The notes below the pieces were generated by a model that had not been told where the DNA came from, did not search any database, and saw only the letters and a program-made list of their open reading frames with translations. Shown here piece after piece: positions 31,146 through 42,100 of a stretch of DNA of 64,000 nucleotides. How positions within the stretch are numbered: position 1 is the first letter of the stretch; every line of letters starts with the position of its first letter. Made by a program: the position numbers and the translations under genes. The DNA comes from an uncultured candidate division Zixibacteria bacterium (lineage in GTDB: Bacteria > Zixibacteria > MSB-5A5 > GN15 > FEB-12), in NCBI GenBank assembly GCA_963735035.1, contig CAVTJJ010000003.1, positions 480,001 to 544,000 of the forward strand, read 5' to 3'.

Positions 31146-31742
31146 CTATTCGTCGGCGGAACTTTCTAAATTGCGATCCAAATCGGAGTCGATGCCAGCA
31201 AACTCTTTGTCAAATGCAGAATCTGTGTTTGGTACGTGTGATATAGTAGACTTCCTACCATGTTTGCGCGAGAATTCATGAACCGCTTTTGCAATTCTGT
31301 TTCGTCCTGAGATCTCGGGGTTATGCATATGCTTCTTCGGTAAGGTGAAGTGAGCGACAGATGACTCTAAGTCAATCGTAGACGCATCCTCAGCAGAGGA
31401 GTTTGGCATTCTCGCTCCCGGGCCAGTATGATGGTATAACGAGCCAGACTCACGCCGTTTGACGTCGCCCAACTCCCTGCTTAGCGATACAATGTAGGCA
31501 TGCTGACGCGCCAGTTGCTCGTTAATCGGTACTAGCTGGTCACGAATACTAACCTGCACCTTTGTCATCAACCAGGCCCCCAAATCGTCTGAAGGGTCTT
31601 GCTCGTCACCCGCGCGAGTAGAACCAGTTTCGAGCTTTCTCGATCTAAAGGTCCAAGTAATCAATCGATCGATAATGGACTGCGAAAAGATTGCTAGCAC
31701 AGCCACGACCAACGCCAAAGCGACATAGATTACAATTCGCAT
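31146..31742 (-). CDS. Hypothetical protein with N-terminal TM helix
   Basis: 198 aa ATG-start ORF 3 bp after the upstream stop; AT-richer region. Confidence 0.6.
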   Translation of the reverse strand: MRIVIYVALALVVAVLAIFSQSIIDRLITWTFRSRKLETGSTRAGDEQDPSDDLGAWLMTKVQVSIRDQLVPINEQLARQHAYIVSLSRELGDVKRRESGSLYHHTGPGARMPNSSAEDASTIDLESSVAHFTLPKKHMHNPEISGRNRIAKAVHEFSRKHGRKSTISHVPNTDSAFDKEFAGIDSDLDRNLESSADE

Positions 31743-31745
31743 GTT

Positions 31746-32252
31746 TCACCCACCAAAAAAACATAACATAGTAAGTACGAAGAAAAAGACGGAAATACCA
31801 TTACACAATCGTCTCGCCCTCCGATCACTGTCGAAATCCAAGTCCTCAACTGGTGCACCCAGTACCAGAGCCCTGATAGCCCTTGCCTTGCCGTCCAACT
31901 CAAAGGGTATGATACGCCTCCCCAGATAAAACACCAAACTCCATATGAGAAGGACATGAATTAGCAGAAATATCCATACTACCCATACTTCGGGGAGTTC
32001 GTATCGTGACAGCCACTCTCTACGAATTAGGAGAGTGATGTCTGCAGCAATGCAGAGGGCTAAGACACCAAGGCCATCCAGCCCCATTCTTTGGGCATGG
32101 ACTACTCTGGCTATCTCATTCCTACCGCTTGGCATTGAACTCTCACTGACCAAACGCGCAATTGCACCGTTAATGAGATAAGTGATCCACGACACACCCG
32201 AAATCTGTAATGGAACCTCTAAGCTAATACCACCAAACAAGATACACCCCAA
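31746..32252 (-). CDS. Hypothetical membrane protein (start uncertain)
   Basis: Three hydrophobic segments; AT-richer region. Confidence 0.55.
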   Translation of the reverse strand: MGCILFGGISLEVPLQISGVSWITYLINGAIARLVSESSMPSGRNEIARVVHAQRMGLDGLGVLALCIAADITLLIRREWLSRYELPEVWVVWIFLLIHVLLIWSLVFYLGRRIIPFELDGKARAIRALVLGAPVEDLDFDSDRRARRLCNGISVFFFVLTMLCFFGG

Positions 32253-32411
32253 CTATCTTCGGGAACTACACCGCACCAAGAATTGTTTAGTTAGATTACA
32301 ATTAACTGCAGTGCATTTATTGAACATAGCCACAGTAAAAAGCACGCAACTTGACCCTTCCCGTGGAGATTATTCGCCACCTAGTCGATATAAACGTAAA
32401 GGAATCAGGCT

Positions 32412-32612
32412 ATGATGTCAATAGTAAAGTACATTGCGGCGATCTTTGTGTCGATCGGTTTTGTAGTCCTTTTGGACTCGGTATACAACACGATGCCAGT
32501 AGGACGTGCAAACATAGTGGCCATTCTACTCGGGTGCGTTTGCGTTGCATTGAACATCCTTCTACTGAGAAACCCGGGGAAACACTCACACGGCACGGCC
32601 AAGAGTCGCTGA
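32412..32612 (+). CDS. Small 2-TM membrane protein
   Basis: 66 aa, AAGGA upstream, two hydrophobic helices. Confidence 0.5.
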   Translation: MMSIVKYIAAIFVSIGFVVLLDSVYNTMPVGRANIVAILLGCVCVALNILLLRNPGKHSHGTAKSR

Positions 32613-32614
32613 CA

Positions 32615-33418
32615 TCACTCGGCGGGATCAACCTTGTTTCGAGCCTTCACCGCCAACATCAGCGGAAACTTCGTCGGACCGTCCGGCGGCACCCAATGAC
32701 GATCCGGAAGTTCATACCATCCCTCCGCGAATCGGTAAAAGCCGAAATTGTATTCATCCAGACGTTCAATCGTCAACCCCGCCCCAATCAGCGCATTCAC
32801 AATCTCCGACACCGGATGCTGCCACTCGACATGCTCGCCTTCGATCTTGGTATCCTTCTCACAATAGTCGCGTGGATTGAGAGTTCGCTCCGGCTCGCGC
32901 GCGAAGTAGTCGTACTTCTGTTCGGGAAACAGAAATAACTGGTCCACGGGATGACTATCGACCATGAAGAACACGCCCCCCGGCTTCAGATAATGCGCGA
33001 TCACCGCCGCCCAGCGATTCAGGTCCGACAGCCACATGTGCGTGCCGTACGACTGATAGATAATGTCAAATTTGCGATCTATCGCCCCGATGAAGTCCAG
33101 TACGTCACAACGGAAGAATTCGGCCTCCACCCCGGCTTTCACTTTGATCTCATTAGCGACCGCAATAGATCGATCTGATATATCGACGCCGGTCACGTTA
33201 GCTCCCTGTCGCGCCCACGAAATCGTATCGAGGCCGAACTGGCACATGAGGTGCAACAAGCTCTTGCCGCGAACATCGCCGAGCGCTTCGAGCTCGACCC
33301 GCTTGAGCGATGAACCCCCGTCTATGACCTCTGGTGTCCGGTACTCCGGATGTCCGATGTGAAGATCGACCGCCCGGTTCCATGTGGCCCGGTTCTTTTC
33401 GTGGTCGGGGTGTGACAT
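32615..33418 (-). CDS. Class I SAM-dependent methyltransferase
   Basis: GKSLLHLMCQFGLDT, GANVTGVDIS, FDIIYQSYG, LKPGG; start MSHPDH via TAATG overlap with lptG. Confidence 0.9.
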   Translation of the reverse strand: MSHPDHEKNRATWNRAVDLHIGHPEYRTPEVIDGGSSLKRVELEALGDVRGKSLLHLMCQFGLDTISWARQGANVTGVDISDRSIAVANEIKVKAGVEAEFFRCDVLDFIGAIDRKFDIIYQSYGTHMWLSDLNRWAAVIAHYLKPGGVFFMVDSHPVDQLFLFPEQKYDYFAREPERTLNPRDYCEKDTKIEGEHVEWQHPVSEIVNALIGAGLTIERLDEYNFGFYRFAEGWYELPDRHWVPPDGPTKFPLMLAVKARNKVDPAE

Positions 33419-34500
33419 TACTTCGGCGCTCTCCACATGAGTATCATGCCGATCACAAAGAACAGCCCGTTGACCCCCCAGACGGCGACATCGACCGGTA
33501 CCTTCTCGTTCCACCCGGCCGATTGCAACATGCGATAGAGCACGAAATATGCCAGCGAGATTCCGGCGCCCGCCGCAATTGATACGGCGATGCCCGCCCG
33601 TCGAGGATTCGACGCGAACGGCACACAGATCAACACGACAATGAACGACGCCATCGGGAAAGAGTACTTCATTTTCAAGTCGAGCGCTTCCCGGTGATAC
33701 GGTCCGCCGATACGTTTCATCAAGTCGATGTACCGGCGCAGTTCGTCGATCCCCATGTCTTCAGGTTTCGTCAGGCGCTTCGCCAGATCATCGGGGACGT
33801 CCTTTATATCGCCGATGATGAGTGTATCGAACGAAGTATAACTCCCGTCGGTCGTGTCGCTGAACTTGCGCACATTCCCATCAAGCGCCTGCCACAAAAA
33901 TTGGTGGTAGACGATCTTGTCGGCCGTAATTATTTCTGTGGCCCGGTTATTCTTAGAACGATAGAGCTTGAAGCTCTCCCCCATGCGACGGTCGGTGTCG
34001 AATTGCGACATGGTATAGAAGCTGCCGGGATTGATCTGACGGTAGACATCGCGCACGAGCGCTTGATTGGCGCGCGATTGTTTCTCGATGGTGAAATTCT
34101 TGATCTCGACCCGCCGCTGGTTCATGGCGGGAAAGACATACTCATTGTAGTAGAAGTGTCCGAAGGCGATCAATATCGCAATGAGCGCGAAGGGAAGCGT
34201 GATGCGCCAGAGCGAGAGGCCGCTCGCTTTCATGGCGAGAATTTCCTTACGCCGCGCCAGCAATGAGATAGAGAACAACACCGCCAGAAGAACAAACATC
34301 GGTGTGAACGATTTTACGACCCAGCCCCCGAAATAAAGGTAGTACTCCAGTATCTGTGAGATGGATACCCGATTGTCGATGAAGTCGGGCAGCTCCTCGA
34401 CCATGTTGATGACAACAATGGTCAGGCCGATAGCGATCATGACGGCCGCGAAAGACTGCAGAAAGTAGGTCAGGAGGTAACGGTCGAGACGTTTGAGCAT
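33418..34500 (-). CDS. lptG: LPS export ABC transporter permease LptG
   Basis: MLKRLDRYL, EILAMKASGLSLWRI, KYSFPMASFIVVLICVPF; second of a YjgP/YjgQ pair. Confidence 0.85.
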   Translation of the reverse strand: MLKRLDRYLLTYFLQSFAAVMIAIGLTIVVINMVEELPDFIDNRVSISQILEYYLYFGGWVVKSFTPMFVLLAVLFSISLLARRKEILAMKASGLSLWRITLPFALIAILIAFGHFYYNEYVFPAMNQRRVEIKNFTIEKQSRANQALVRDVYRQINPGSFYTMSQFDTDRRMGESFKLYRSKNNRATEIITADKIVYHQFLWQALDGNVRKFSDTTDGSYTSFDTLIIGDIKDVPDDLAKRLTKPEDMGIDELRRYIDLMKRIGGPYHREALDLKMKYSFPMASFIVVLICVPFASNPRRAGIAVSIAAGAGISLAYFVLYRMLQSAGWNEKVPVDVAVWGVNGLFFVIGMILMWRAPK

Positions 34501-34507
34501 GCGCCGC

Positions 34508-35833
34508 TCAATCCTTCCTGCGGAACCAGCCGAAGATCGGCCTTTCCGAAACCACGATAAAATTGAGATACAGTCCCACGCAGGCCATGAGAATGTTCGC
34601 GCTCCACATCGCCACGAACGGCGTAATTATCCCCCGATCGGCCATGTCTTCGCCCCCGATCAGAAACGCCCAGTAGATCATGAAGAGAACTATGGCTATT
34701 GCTATGGCCATTCCCATTCCCCCGCGCCGCGACATGATCCCCAGCGGCGCCCCGATCAGGACGAACGCCAGAGAAGCGGCCGGGATCGAGTATTTCTTCT
34801 GAATCTCAATATTATACTTGTCCATAATGCGCCGCTGAGCCTCGATCTGCTGCCGGTTGCGCTCGACATGCCGGACCATCACCGAGGCATCACTTCGCAC
34901 CAGGCCCAGGGCTTTGCGGTCATCCATCGAGTCGGTCGGGTTAAACTTGAAGCTGTCAGAGAACAAATATGAGTACTTGGTCTGAAGATATTCGTTGATC
35001 CGGTCACGCAGCGGCTTGGCGCTGTTGACCGCCTGGTGGACTTGCGACGACATCTGCTCGATATTCATTTCGCGGTCGGTGCGAAACTCAGACTCGGTAC
35101 GTACCAGCTCCGAACCGGTTCCGGAAACATTGATGATCTGGTTCTTGAAGTCGAGCTTCCGGTAATTGTCGGGATTGGTGAGATCGAGCGTGTGAAGCTC
35201 GCCGTCGTTGAGCGAAAACCGCATGTTCCGGCCGCCATCGGTCATGGTCAAGTAACCATCCTTGGCGACGATCAATCTCGGATGGTTCGGATCTTTGGTC
35301 TCGGAAATGCGGACACCCTGAACGTACGACGTCGCGTGATCGATCTTGTCGATCAACACCAGATAACCGGGGATATCGGTAATGAAAATGCCCGACTGGA
35401 ATATCATCGTGGGCCGCATCGACTGGATGTCCCCCAGCAACGTGCGAGCTTTCTTATTGAGATCGGGAAGCACCTTGTCGTGGAACTCGATCATACCAAC
35501 CGTCAGAATCGACGCGGCCACCATCAGCGGCATGAGCACGTGAAGCAAATTGATCCCAGAGGCCTTGATGGCGGTGACTTCGAAATCCCCCCCGAGCCGC
35601 CCGAACGCCATCAGGGTCGCCACCAGCACCGACATGGGAACCGACAGCGCCAGCATCCAGGCCAGATTCAGACCGACCAGCTCCAGGACCACCATCAGAT
35701 TAATGTCTTTGTCAATCACCCGGTCGATGATCTTTGGGACGAAATCTATGACCAGCAGGAACGTAATCGTAAAGAAGGCGAAAAAGAACGGGGCGATGTG
35801 TTCGCGAAGAATGTATCGAGTCAGGATTTTCAT
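34508..35833 (-). CDS. lptF: LPS export ABC transporter permease LptF
   Basis: MKILTRYILRE, FGRLGGDFEVTAIKASGI, KKYSIPAASLAFVLIGAPLG. Confidence 0.87.
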   Translation of the reverse strand: MKILTRYILREHIAPFFFAFFTITFLLVIDFVPKIIDRVIDKDINLMVVLELVGLNLAWMLALSVPMSVLVATLMAFGRLGGDFEVTAIKASGINLLHVLMPLMVAASILTVGMIEFHDKVLPDLNKKARTLLGDIQSMRPTMIFQSGIFITDIPGYLVLIDKIDHATSYVQGVRISETKDPNHPRLIVAKDGYLTMTDGGRNMRFSLNDGELHTLDLTNPDNYRKLDFKNQIINVSGTGSELVRTESEFRTDREMNIEQMSSQVHQAVNSAKPLRDRINEYLQTKYSYLFSDSFKFNPTDSMDDRKALGLVRSDASVMVRHVERNRQQIEAQRRIMDKYNIEIQKKYSIPAASLAFVLIGAPLGIMSRRGGMGMAIAIAIVLFMIYWAFLIGGEDMADRGIITPFVAMWSANILMACVGLYLNFIVVSERPIFGWFRRKD

Positions 35834-35935
35834 ACGATTTTGCCAATATATTTCTTATACCCGCCGCCGCCAACTCTAAACTAATCAAACACTTTTGGGC
35901 TGGCCTTCGGAAGCCGACCTTGTTATTTTGACTTC

Positions 35936-36892
35936 ATGCAGCAAAAGAAGATTGTGGATTTCGTCAAGGACGATCAGATCGAAGGTTACTTCTCGATCCG
36001 AAAGAAAGAAGTCAGAGAGTCCGTGCGCGGCCTGTTCGTATCGCTCGAACTGGGCGATTCCTCAGGTCGAATCGGCGCCGTCATGTGGGAGCCGGATCAG
36101 TTCGCGCTTGAGGAACTGACCGAAGGGATGGTGGTCAAGGCACGGGGCGTGATCGGAGAGTATCGCAACAAACTTCAGTTCACGATCGCCCGGATTCGGC
36201 TCGCGACCGACGACGAATATACCCTGGCCGATATCATGCCACATTCGCCGCAATCGCGTGAAGAACGGCTGGCCCGCCTGTTCGCCCTGCGCGATCAGAT
36301 CACGAACCCGCATGTTCTGGCCCTGACTAACAGCTTTTTGAATGACCAGGTCTGGTTGGAAGGCTTTCTCAAGGCCGCGGCCGGGAAACTCTGGCACCAC
36401 GCCACAATCGGCGGGCTTTCGGAACACTCGGCCAATGTCGCCGAATTGGCGGTCCGGGTCGCCCAGGGGTATGAGTTCCTGAACCGCGACTATCTGATCT
36501 TCGGCGGGATGTTCCACGATGCAGGCAAGATGGCCGCCTATGACACCCATACCGTGATAGATTTTACCGACGCCGGACGATTGATCGACCATATCTGCAT
36601 TTCAGACGAATGGATCTGCTGCCGGGCGAAGGAGATCGACGGCTTCCCGGACCAACTGCTCATGATCCTGAGGCATCTGATTCTGTCGCATCACGGCGAG
36701 CGGGAGTTCGGCGCCCCGGTCGTCCCACAGATTCCGGAGGCGTTTATTCTCTACTATTGCGATGAAATCGACAGCAAAATGGGGGCAATTGACCGTATTC
36801 GATCCCGCCAGGACGGTCACGGCTGGTCCGAATATATCAACATCCTCAACCGGTTCCTGTATTTCGGCGAGGCGGACAAGCCCAAGGGGTGA
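35936..36892 (+). CDS. yhaM: OB-fold + HD-domain 3'-5' exoribonuclease, YhaM family
   Basis: LGDSSGRI OB fold; AAGKLWHHATIGGLSEHS, FHDAGK, GRLIDHI, HLILSHHG, DEIDSK. Confidence 0.88.
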   Translation: MQQKKIVDFVKDDQIEGYFSIRKKEVRESVRGLFVSLELGDSSGRIGAVMWEPDQFALEELTEGMVVKARGVIGEYRNKLQFTIARIRLATDDEYTLADIMPHSPQSREERLARLFALRDQITNPHVLALTNSFLNDQVWLEGFLKAAAGKLWHHATIGGLSEHSANVAELAVRVAQGYEFLNRDYLIFGGMFHDAGKMAAYDTHTVIDFTDAGRLIDHICISDEWICCRAKEIDGFPDQLLMILRHLILSHHGEREFGAPVVPQIPEAFILYYCDEIDSKMGAIDRIRSRQDGHGWSEYINILNRFLYFGEADKPKG

Positions 36893-37085
36893 TGTCTGGA
36901 ATCCCAATTCCCGAGTGAAGCGCTATAGAACCTGCTGAGCTGGTTGCGGTAGGTCCTGCGGCCCGCTCGGCGGGACGTGTGACCTGCCGCAAAGAGACAA
37001 TTTGACTCAAGACAGATTTTTCGTTGAACCCAACCCCTCTCGGTTGTATGATCTTAGGAATAATATTGCAGGAGGTACCTAGAAA

Positions 37086-38006
37086 ATGCGCCCATTGACC
37101 ATAAGCTTTACCGTATTGGCGACCCTGGCCCTGCTGATAGCAGGGTGCCAGAAGCAAAGCCAAACCCCGGCCACGACCGACAAACCCGCGGTCCCGGCGA
37201 CTGTGATATCCGTGGTGGTAGACAGCGTGCCGTCCGAAGATGGCGTAATGATCTATTACGACGTCCGGGGACAGGGAGACAAGGCCCTGGTATTCGTCCA
37301 TTGCTGGAGCTGTGATCGGTCCTACTGGCAGAACCAGGTTGACGAATTCGCCAAAGATTACCGGGTCATCACCCTCGACCTGGCCGGCCATGGCCAGTCC
37401 GGGAAGGGTCGGCAGAAATGGACGATGGATTCGTTCGGGACCGATGTTGCCGCGGTCGCCAATAAGCTGAACCTTCAGAACATGGTCTTGATCGGCCATT
37501 CCATGGGTGGAGCGGTGGTGATCGAAGCCGCCCGACGGTTGCCCGGACGTGTCGTCGGGATTGTTGGTGTCGACAATTTCCAGGATTTGGGCAGTGTCAA
37601 TTCCAAAGCCGACGTCATGAAATTCATCGAGCCGTTCAAGTCCGATTTCAGCAAGTCAACGAATCAGTTCGTACAATCATTGTTTCCTCCAACCGCCGAT
37701 AAGGCTCTGGTAGAGCGCACCGCCCGGGATATGGCCTCTGAGACTCCGGAAATTGGTGTCGGTGCGATAACGTCGTTGCTGTCCTACAACTACAAGACGG
37801 CGTTGGCGGACGTTCGCGTGCCTATTAGGACTATCAGCAGCGATCAGTTCCCGACCTTCTCGGACACCAACAACAAGATTGCCGCTTCGTTCAAAGTGAG
37901 GATCATGCCGGGGGTGGGTCATTTCCCGCACCTGGTGGATCCGGTGGCGTTCAACCGCCTGTTGCACGAGACGCTGACCGATTTCTGGCCTCCGGCTGCG
38001 AAATAG
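37086..38006 (+). CDS. Alpha/beta-hydrolase lipoprotein
   Basis: Lipobox IAGC; LVFVHCW, DLAGHGQS, GHSMGG nucleophile elbow, GVGHF. Confidence 0.92.
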   Translation: MRPLTISFTVLATLALLIAGCQKQSQTPATTDKPAVPATVISVVVDSVPSEDGVMIYYDVRGQGDKALVFVHCWSCDRSYWQNQVDEFAKDYRVITLDLAGHGQSGKGRQKWTMDSFGTDVAAVANKLNLQNMVLIGHSMGGAVVIEAARRLPGRVVGIVGVDNFQDLGSVNSKADVMKFIEPFKSDFSKSTNQFVQSLFPPTADKALVERTARDMASETPEIGVGAITSLLSYNYKTALADVRVPIRTISSDQFPTFSDTNNKIAASFKVRIMPGVGHFPHLVDPVAFNRLLHETLTDFWPPAAK

Positions 38007-38235
38007 GCAAGTGGCACTTGGAACGGGCAACGGGGTGCCCCATTGCTCGAATCGGGTTCACATAACGTGCCCGGCCCGCCGCGGCGGGTTCACAAAACGT
38101 GCCCGGCAGATGCCCACATCTGCCGGCTAAGTATCCGGACGTCATAGGTCGCGCAAATTGCCCTTGTTTTCCGGGTCGGGGGTGCTAAATTGGGGGCTTC
38201 TCCGGCGGCTTTCGGCTGCCGGTTCAGGTGTATGC

Positions 38236-38324
38236 GGAGAGGTGGCCGAGCGGTTGAAGGCGCACGCCTGGAAAGTGTGTATAGGTAACCCCTATCCAGG
38301 GTTCGAATCCCTGCCTCTCCGCCA
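38236..38324 (+). tRNA. tRNA-Ser (anticodon GGA)
   Basis: GGAGAGG acceptor stem, anticodon arm CACGC-CTGGAAA-GTGTG, long variable arm ATAGG-taacc-CCTAT, GTTCGAATC T loop, encoded CCA. Confidence 0.96.
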
Positions 38325-38529
38325 GATTTCATCTGGACTATTCGCTTCGCGTCTCATTTGCGGAGGTTAACTTGGCAGCCTGCAGCTCTGCTGCAGGTTC
38401 GCTCGCTCTTGAAAAGTGCCCGGCAGATGCCCACATCTGCCGGCTCATACGGGAACCGCGTTTTGTAGCCTTTCCAGAAACCGCTTGGTCATGACTGCAT
38501 CGGCGAGTCTAGAAGAAGCCCGATCCTTG

Positions 38530-38682
38530 TCATTGCGGGCGAAGATAACCCAACGCAAGGCGGTTCATCGTAGCACGGCAATCTCAGGCTCGTTGTGGCA
38601 GCATCATTTGAGATCGCCACGTCTCGCCAGCGAAGCGCGGTCGAGACTCGCGATGACGTGCTCAGGGCTTTTCAACAGCCGC
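38530..38682. mobile_element. Diverged, inverted copy of the IS1182-ended MITE
   Basis: GTCATTGCG...GAGATCGCCACGTCTCGCC..GCGAAGCGCGGTCGAGACTCGCGATGAC...CTTTTCAACAG is the reverse complement of the 26175 element; left end degenerate. Confidence 0.65.
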
Positions 38683-38712
38683 AAGCGCAGGGCCCCCCTG
38701 TTTCCGCAGTAA

Positions 38713-39174
38713 CTAGGCCATCACTCCTCTCGCGGGAGTATAGTTCCATCCAAACCAGAAAGAGCATGTATCGGAGATCAATTTCTGGAGCTGGACAAAA
38801 TCCAGCGGTTTTACGGCATAACCATTCGCACCAACCCGATACGCTTCCATAATATCCTGTTTCGCATCGGACGTGCTGAGAACAACAATTGGTGTTCCCG
38901 AGAATATTTCGCGCATCCGGATTCTTCGAAGAACTTCCAATCCGTCAATTTTCGGAAGTCGCAGATCGAGCAGAATCAGATCGGGGACACGACAATTTGT
39001 AGGGTCGGAAGCGGCGCAAGAACTCTGCTCGGACATGTAATTCAAAGCCAGATCTCCGTCGACCAGATGGACTACTTCTCGCACCTGCGGATGCTGCAAG
39101 AGGCAGCTCTTTATGAGCTCCGCGTGATCCGGGTTGTCCTCAATGAGCAGGACAAGTGACGACTTCTGGCGCAT
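38713..39174 (-). CDS. Single-domain response regulator (Rcp1/CheY-like)
   Basis: LLIEDNPDH, PDLILLDLRLPKIDG, VVLSTS, GANGYAVKP. Confidence 0.93.
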   Translation of the reverse strand: MRQKSSLVLLIEDNPDHAELIKSCLLQHPQVREVVHLVDGDLALNYMSEQSSCAASDPTNCRVPDLILLDLRLPKIDGLEVLRRIRMREIFSGTPIVVLSTSDAKQDIMEAYRVGANGYAVKPLDFVQLQKLISDTCSFWFGWNYTPARGVMA

Positions 39175-42100
39175 GCTCTCCCTCCACCTTACCGTTTTCG
39201 ACCAAACTATGGGGTATCGTGAAATAGAAAGTCGATCCCTTGTAATTCCCCTCTGACTCCACCCACAATTTGCCGTTATGACATTCGATAATTCGCTTGG
39301 CGAGAGACAGGCCTATTCCTGATCCCTCCACTTTCGGATCGAGTTGCTCGAAGAGCTCGAACACCCTTCTGTGGAATCGAGGCTCAATCCCGATGCCATT
39401 GTCTTTAACATGGAATGTGGCGCCGTCGTGGCCTTCGTTGCAGCCGATTTCGACTTTGGGCCGTGGCTGATTCCCCATGTATTTGACAGCGTTGTCGAGA
39501 AGATTCTGAACGACCTCCAGAAGTCTCGAGCGATCGCCTCTCACGGTTGGAAAACTGGAAACTAGTTTCACACTGATTCCCTGGGCGGCAATTTGCCCCC
39601 CGCACAAATCCACAGCCTGCCGCACCAGATCTTCCATGTTTACCGATTCGTCCGGATTCACAATCCTCCCAATGCGCGACATCTCAAGCAGACTGTCGAG
39701 AAGCCCGGCCATCTTGTTTGCGGCATTGATTATTCGTTCAACATCGAATGACACCTGATCGGCATCGCCATTGGTACAGTGCTCCCGCAACAAACCTGCA
39801 AATCCACTGATCGTAATCAGGGGACTCTTTAGATCATGTGAAACCGTATAGGTGAATCTTTCAAGTTCGGCGTTCTTCGTTTCGAGTTCGGCTATCAACG
39901 CTTCTCGTTCCTTTTCAGCCAGCTTGCACTCCGAGACATCCTGAACAGTGCCTATTGACCGTACCGGCGCTCCATTTTCATCATAGAATGTCTTACATTG
40001 CTCGTGAACAAATTTTGTGCTGCCATCTTTCATGAGTAGACGATGGTCAATCTCATAGCTGCTTCGGTTTGCCAAGGAGTTGGTGTATGAGTCGTTGACA
40101 ATGGCCCGATCGTCAGGATGGACAGCCTCGATAAAGGCTTCATAGGTTGCTCCAAAAGCCTGTGGTTCGAGATCGAAGATGCGGTAGATCTCGTCGGACC
40201 ATTTTAGCTGGTTAGTTCGAAGATCCAGCTCCCAATTGCCGACATGAGCAAGTTGCTGGGCGTCCTGCAGGGCTTTCTCGCTCTCAATCAACGCCGTTTC
40301 CGCCAGTTTTCGCTCAGCGATCTCCCAGGCCAGGTCGGCAAGTAGAGAAACGGCGTCGACGTCTTGCTGGGTGTAATCGCGCGATTTGTTTCCCACACCG
40401 AGTATGGCTACGATCTTCCCGGCCCGAAAGACCGGCACGACCAGCTCTCGAACGACCCGGGCATGCCCCGGAGGTATTCCTTTGCGGTGCGGAAGCGACG
40501 AGTAATCATTATGGATGACTGCCTTGCGGGCATGGATACAGTCTACCCAGACCCCCGCCTGCGAAACGTCATAGTGCGATCCCTTCCCTTCCGCTTCGCA
40601 GAATTCGGCCTTCGTTCTCGTTGACCAGTTCTGTAGTGTTAGAGTCTTCTGGTCGGCATCGAGGAAATGGTAGAAGCCAATAAGGCTGCTGCTCAGCGCC
40701 TCCGCCTCGTCGAGCGTGGCCTGGAGCAGTTCGTCCAGCGTGTGAGTTGCGGCGAACTGGAGAAGACGTAGCCGGGCCATGTTGACACTTTCGGTCTGCT
40801 TGTGCTCGATACGCGTGCGCAGAACCGTGATGCCCAGCGCCAGATCGCTGGCCAGTTCTTCCAACAGGCGTATTTCTTCAGTGGTGATGGCGTTGGGTTC
40901 AGATGAATAAATCATCAGAACACCGAATACGGCCCCGTTGTCGTCATAAAGGGGCAGCGCGACACCGGAGCGATAGCCGTGTTGCAGGGCGGCCTCCCGC
41001 CAGGGGGCCATTAGTTCGTCGGTAGTGAAATCCTGCACACAGAACGATTTGCCGCTCCTGATTACTATTCCGGCGGGTCCCCTTCCGCGTTCCGAGTCGT
41101 CCGCCCAACTGAGTTTGGCGTCGGCGATATACCCGCTTTCGAAGCCGGCCCAGGCCACAGGACGCAGGGATTTGGCATCATCATGTTCGGCATATCCCAC
41201 CCAGGCCAGCCGGTAGCCGGCCTTATCGCAGATGATGCGGCAAATGTCTTTTAACAGGGTCTGCTCGTCCGTTGCCCGCACCAGAACCTGGTTGCAGTCG
41301 CTGATGGCTCGAAGTTCGCGGTTCAACCTGAACAGTTCTTCATCCACCTTCATACGCTCGGTAACGTCAACGAAGGTTACGATGACTCGGTTTAGTTCGC
41401 CTGATTCGTCAAGAACCGGATCACCACTGACCAGAACCCAGACATCCTGTTCGGCCCGCTTGTGAGGACGGTGCACTTTGACAGCGAAATTCCGAAGTGG
41501 CTGCCCCGTTGCAATGACCTGGTTAACGGGATATTCATCTGAAGGCATTACGCTTCCGTCGGTGCGGAAGAAGTGCCAATCCGGATCAATGGCCGTCTTC
41601 CCCAGCAACTGATCTTCGGTCAGCCCGAGCAACTCTTCAGCCATAGGATTGCACGTTATTATTCGCGTATCCGGGCCATGAACCACCACCGCCGCTTGAA
41701 TCTTATGAATGAGAGTTCGATACTTCTTTTCACTGGTACGTACTTCCGCATCTCGTACCGCCAGCTCGTCTAGCATGGAGTTGAATTCACGCGCCATAAC
41801 AGCGGGCTCGTCGGGACCTGAAATTTGCGAGCGAGCCAGGTGGTTGCCGGATCTGACTGCGTCGATGGTCTGTTTGACTGCATAGAGCCTCTGAGTTATC
41901 CGACGCCCCATGAACCAGGCGATGATCGAGCCTACGAGAATGGCCGCAATAGCATAGATGGCGCCGCTGCGGGCAATCGCAGCCAGCTTCTTCCCCGCCA
42001 CCTTTTGGCCAATACCCACGCGGGCCCAGCCGACATGATATCCACCTACCATTGCTGGAACGGCGACATCGACGAGCGCAGGAGTGCGCGAGAGTGTCGT

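Noticed and set aside
35036..35884. Long antisense ORFs (also 3294-4007, 4015-4773, 9958-10821, 21455-22228, 26411-27247, 42631-43386, 62796-63536)
   Set aside because: Shadow frames opposite confidently identified genes, expected in GC-rich DNA
38236..38324. tRNA-Sec or island integration site
   Set aside because: Anticodon is GGA (Ser); no duplicated tRNA 3' end or integrase noticed
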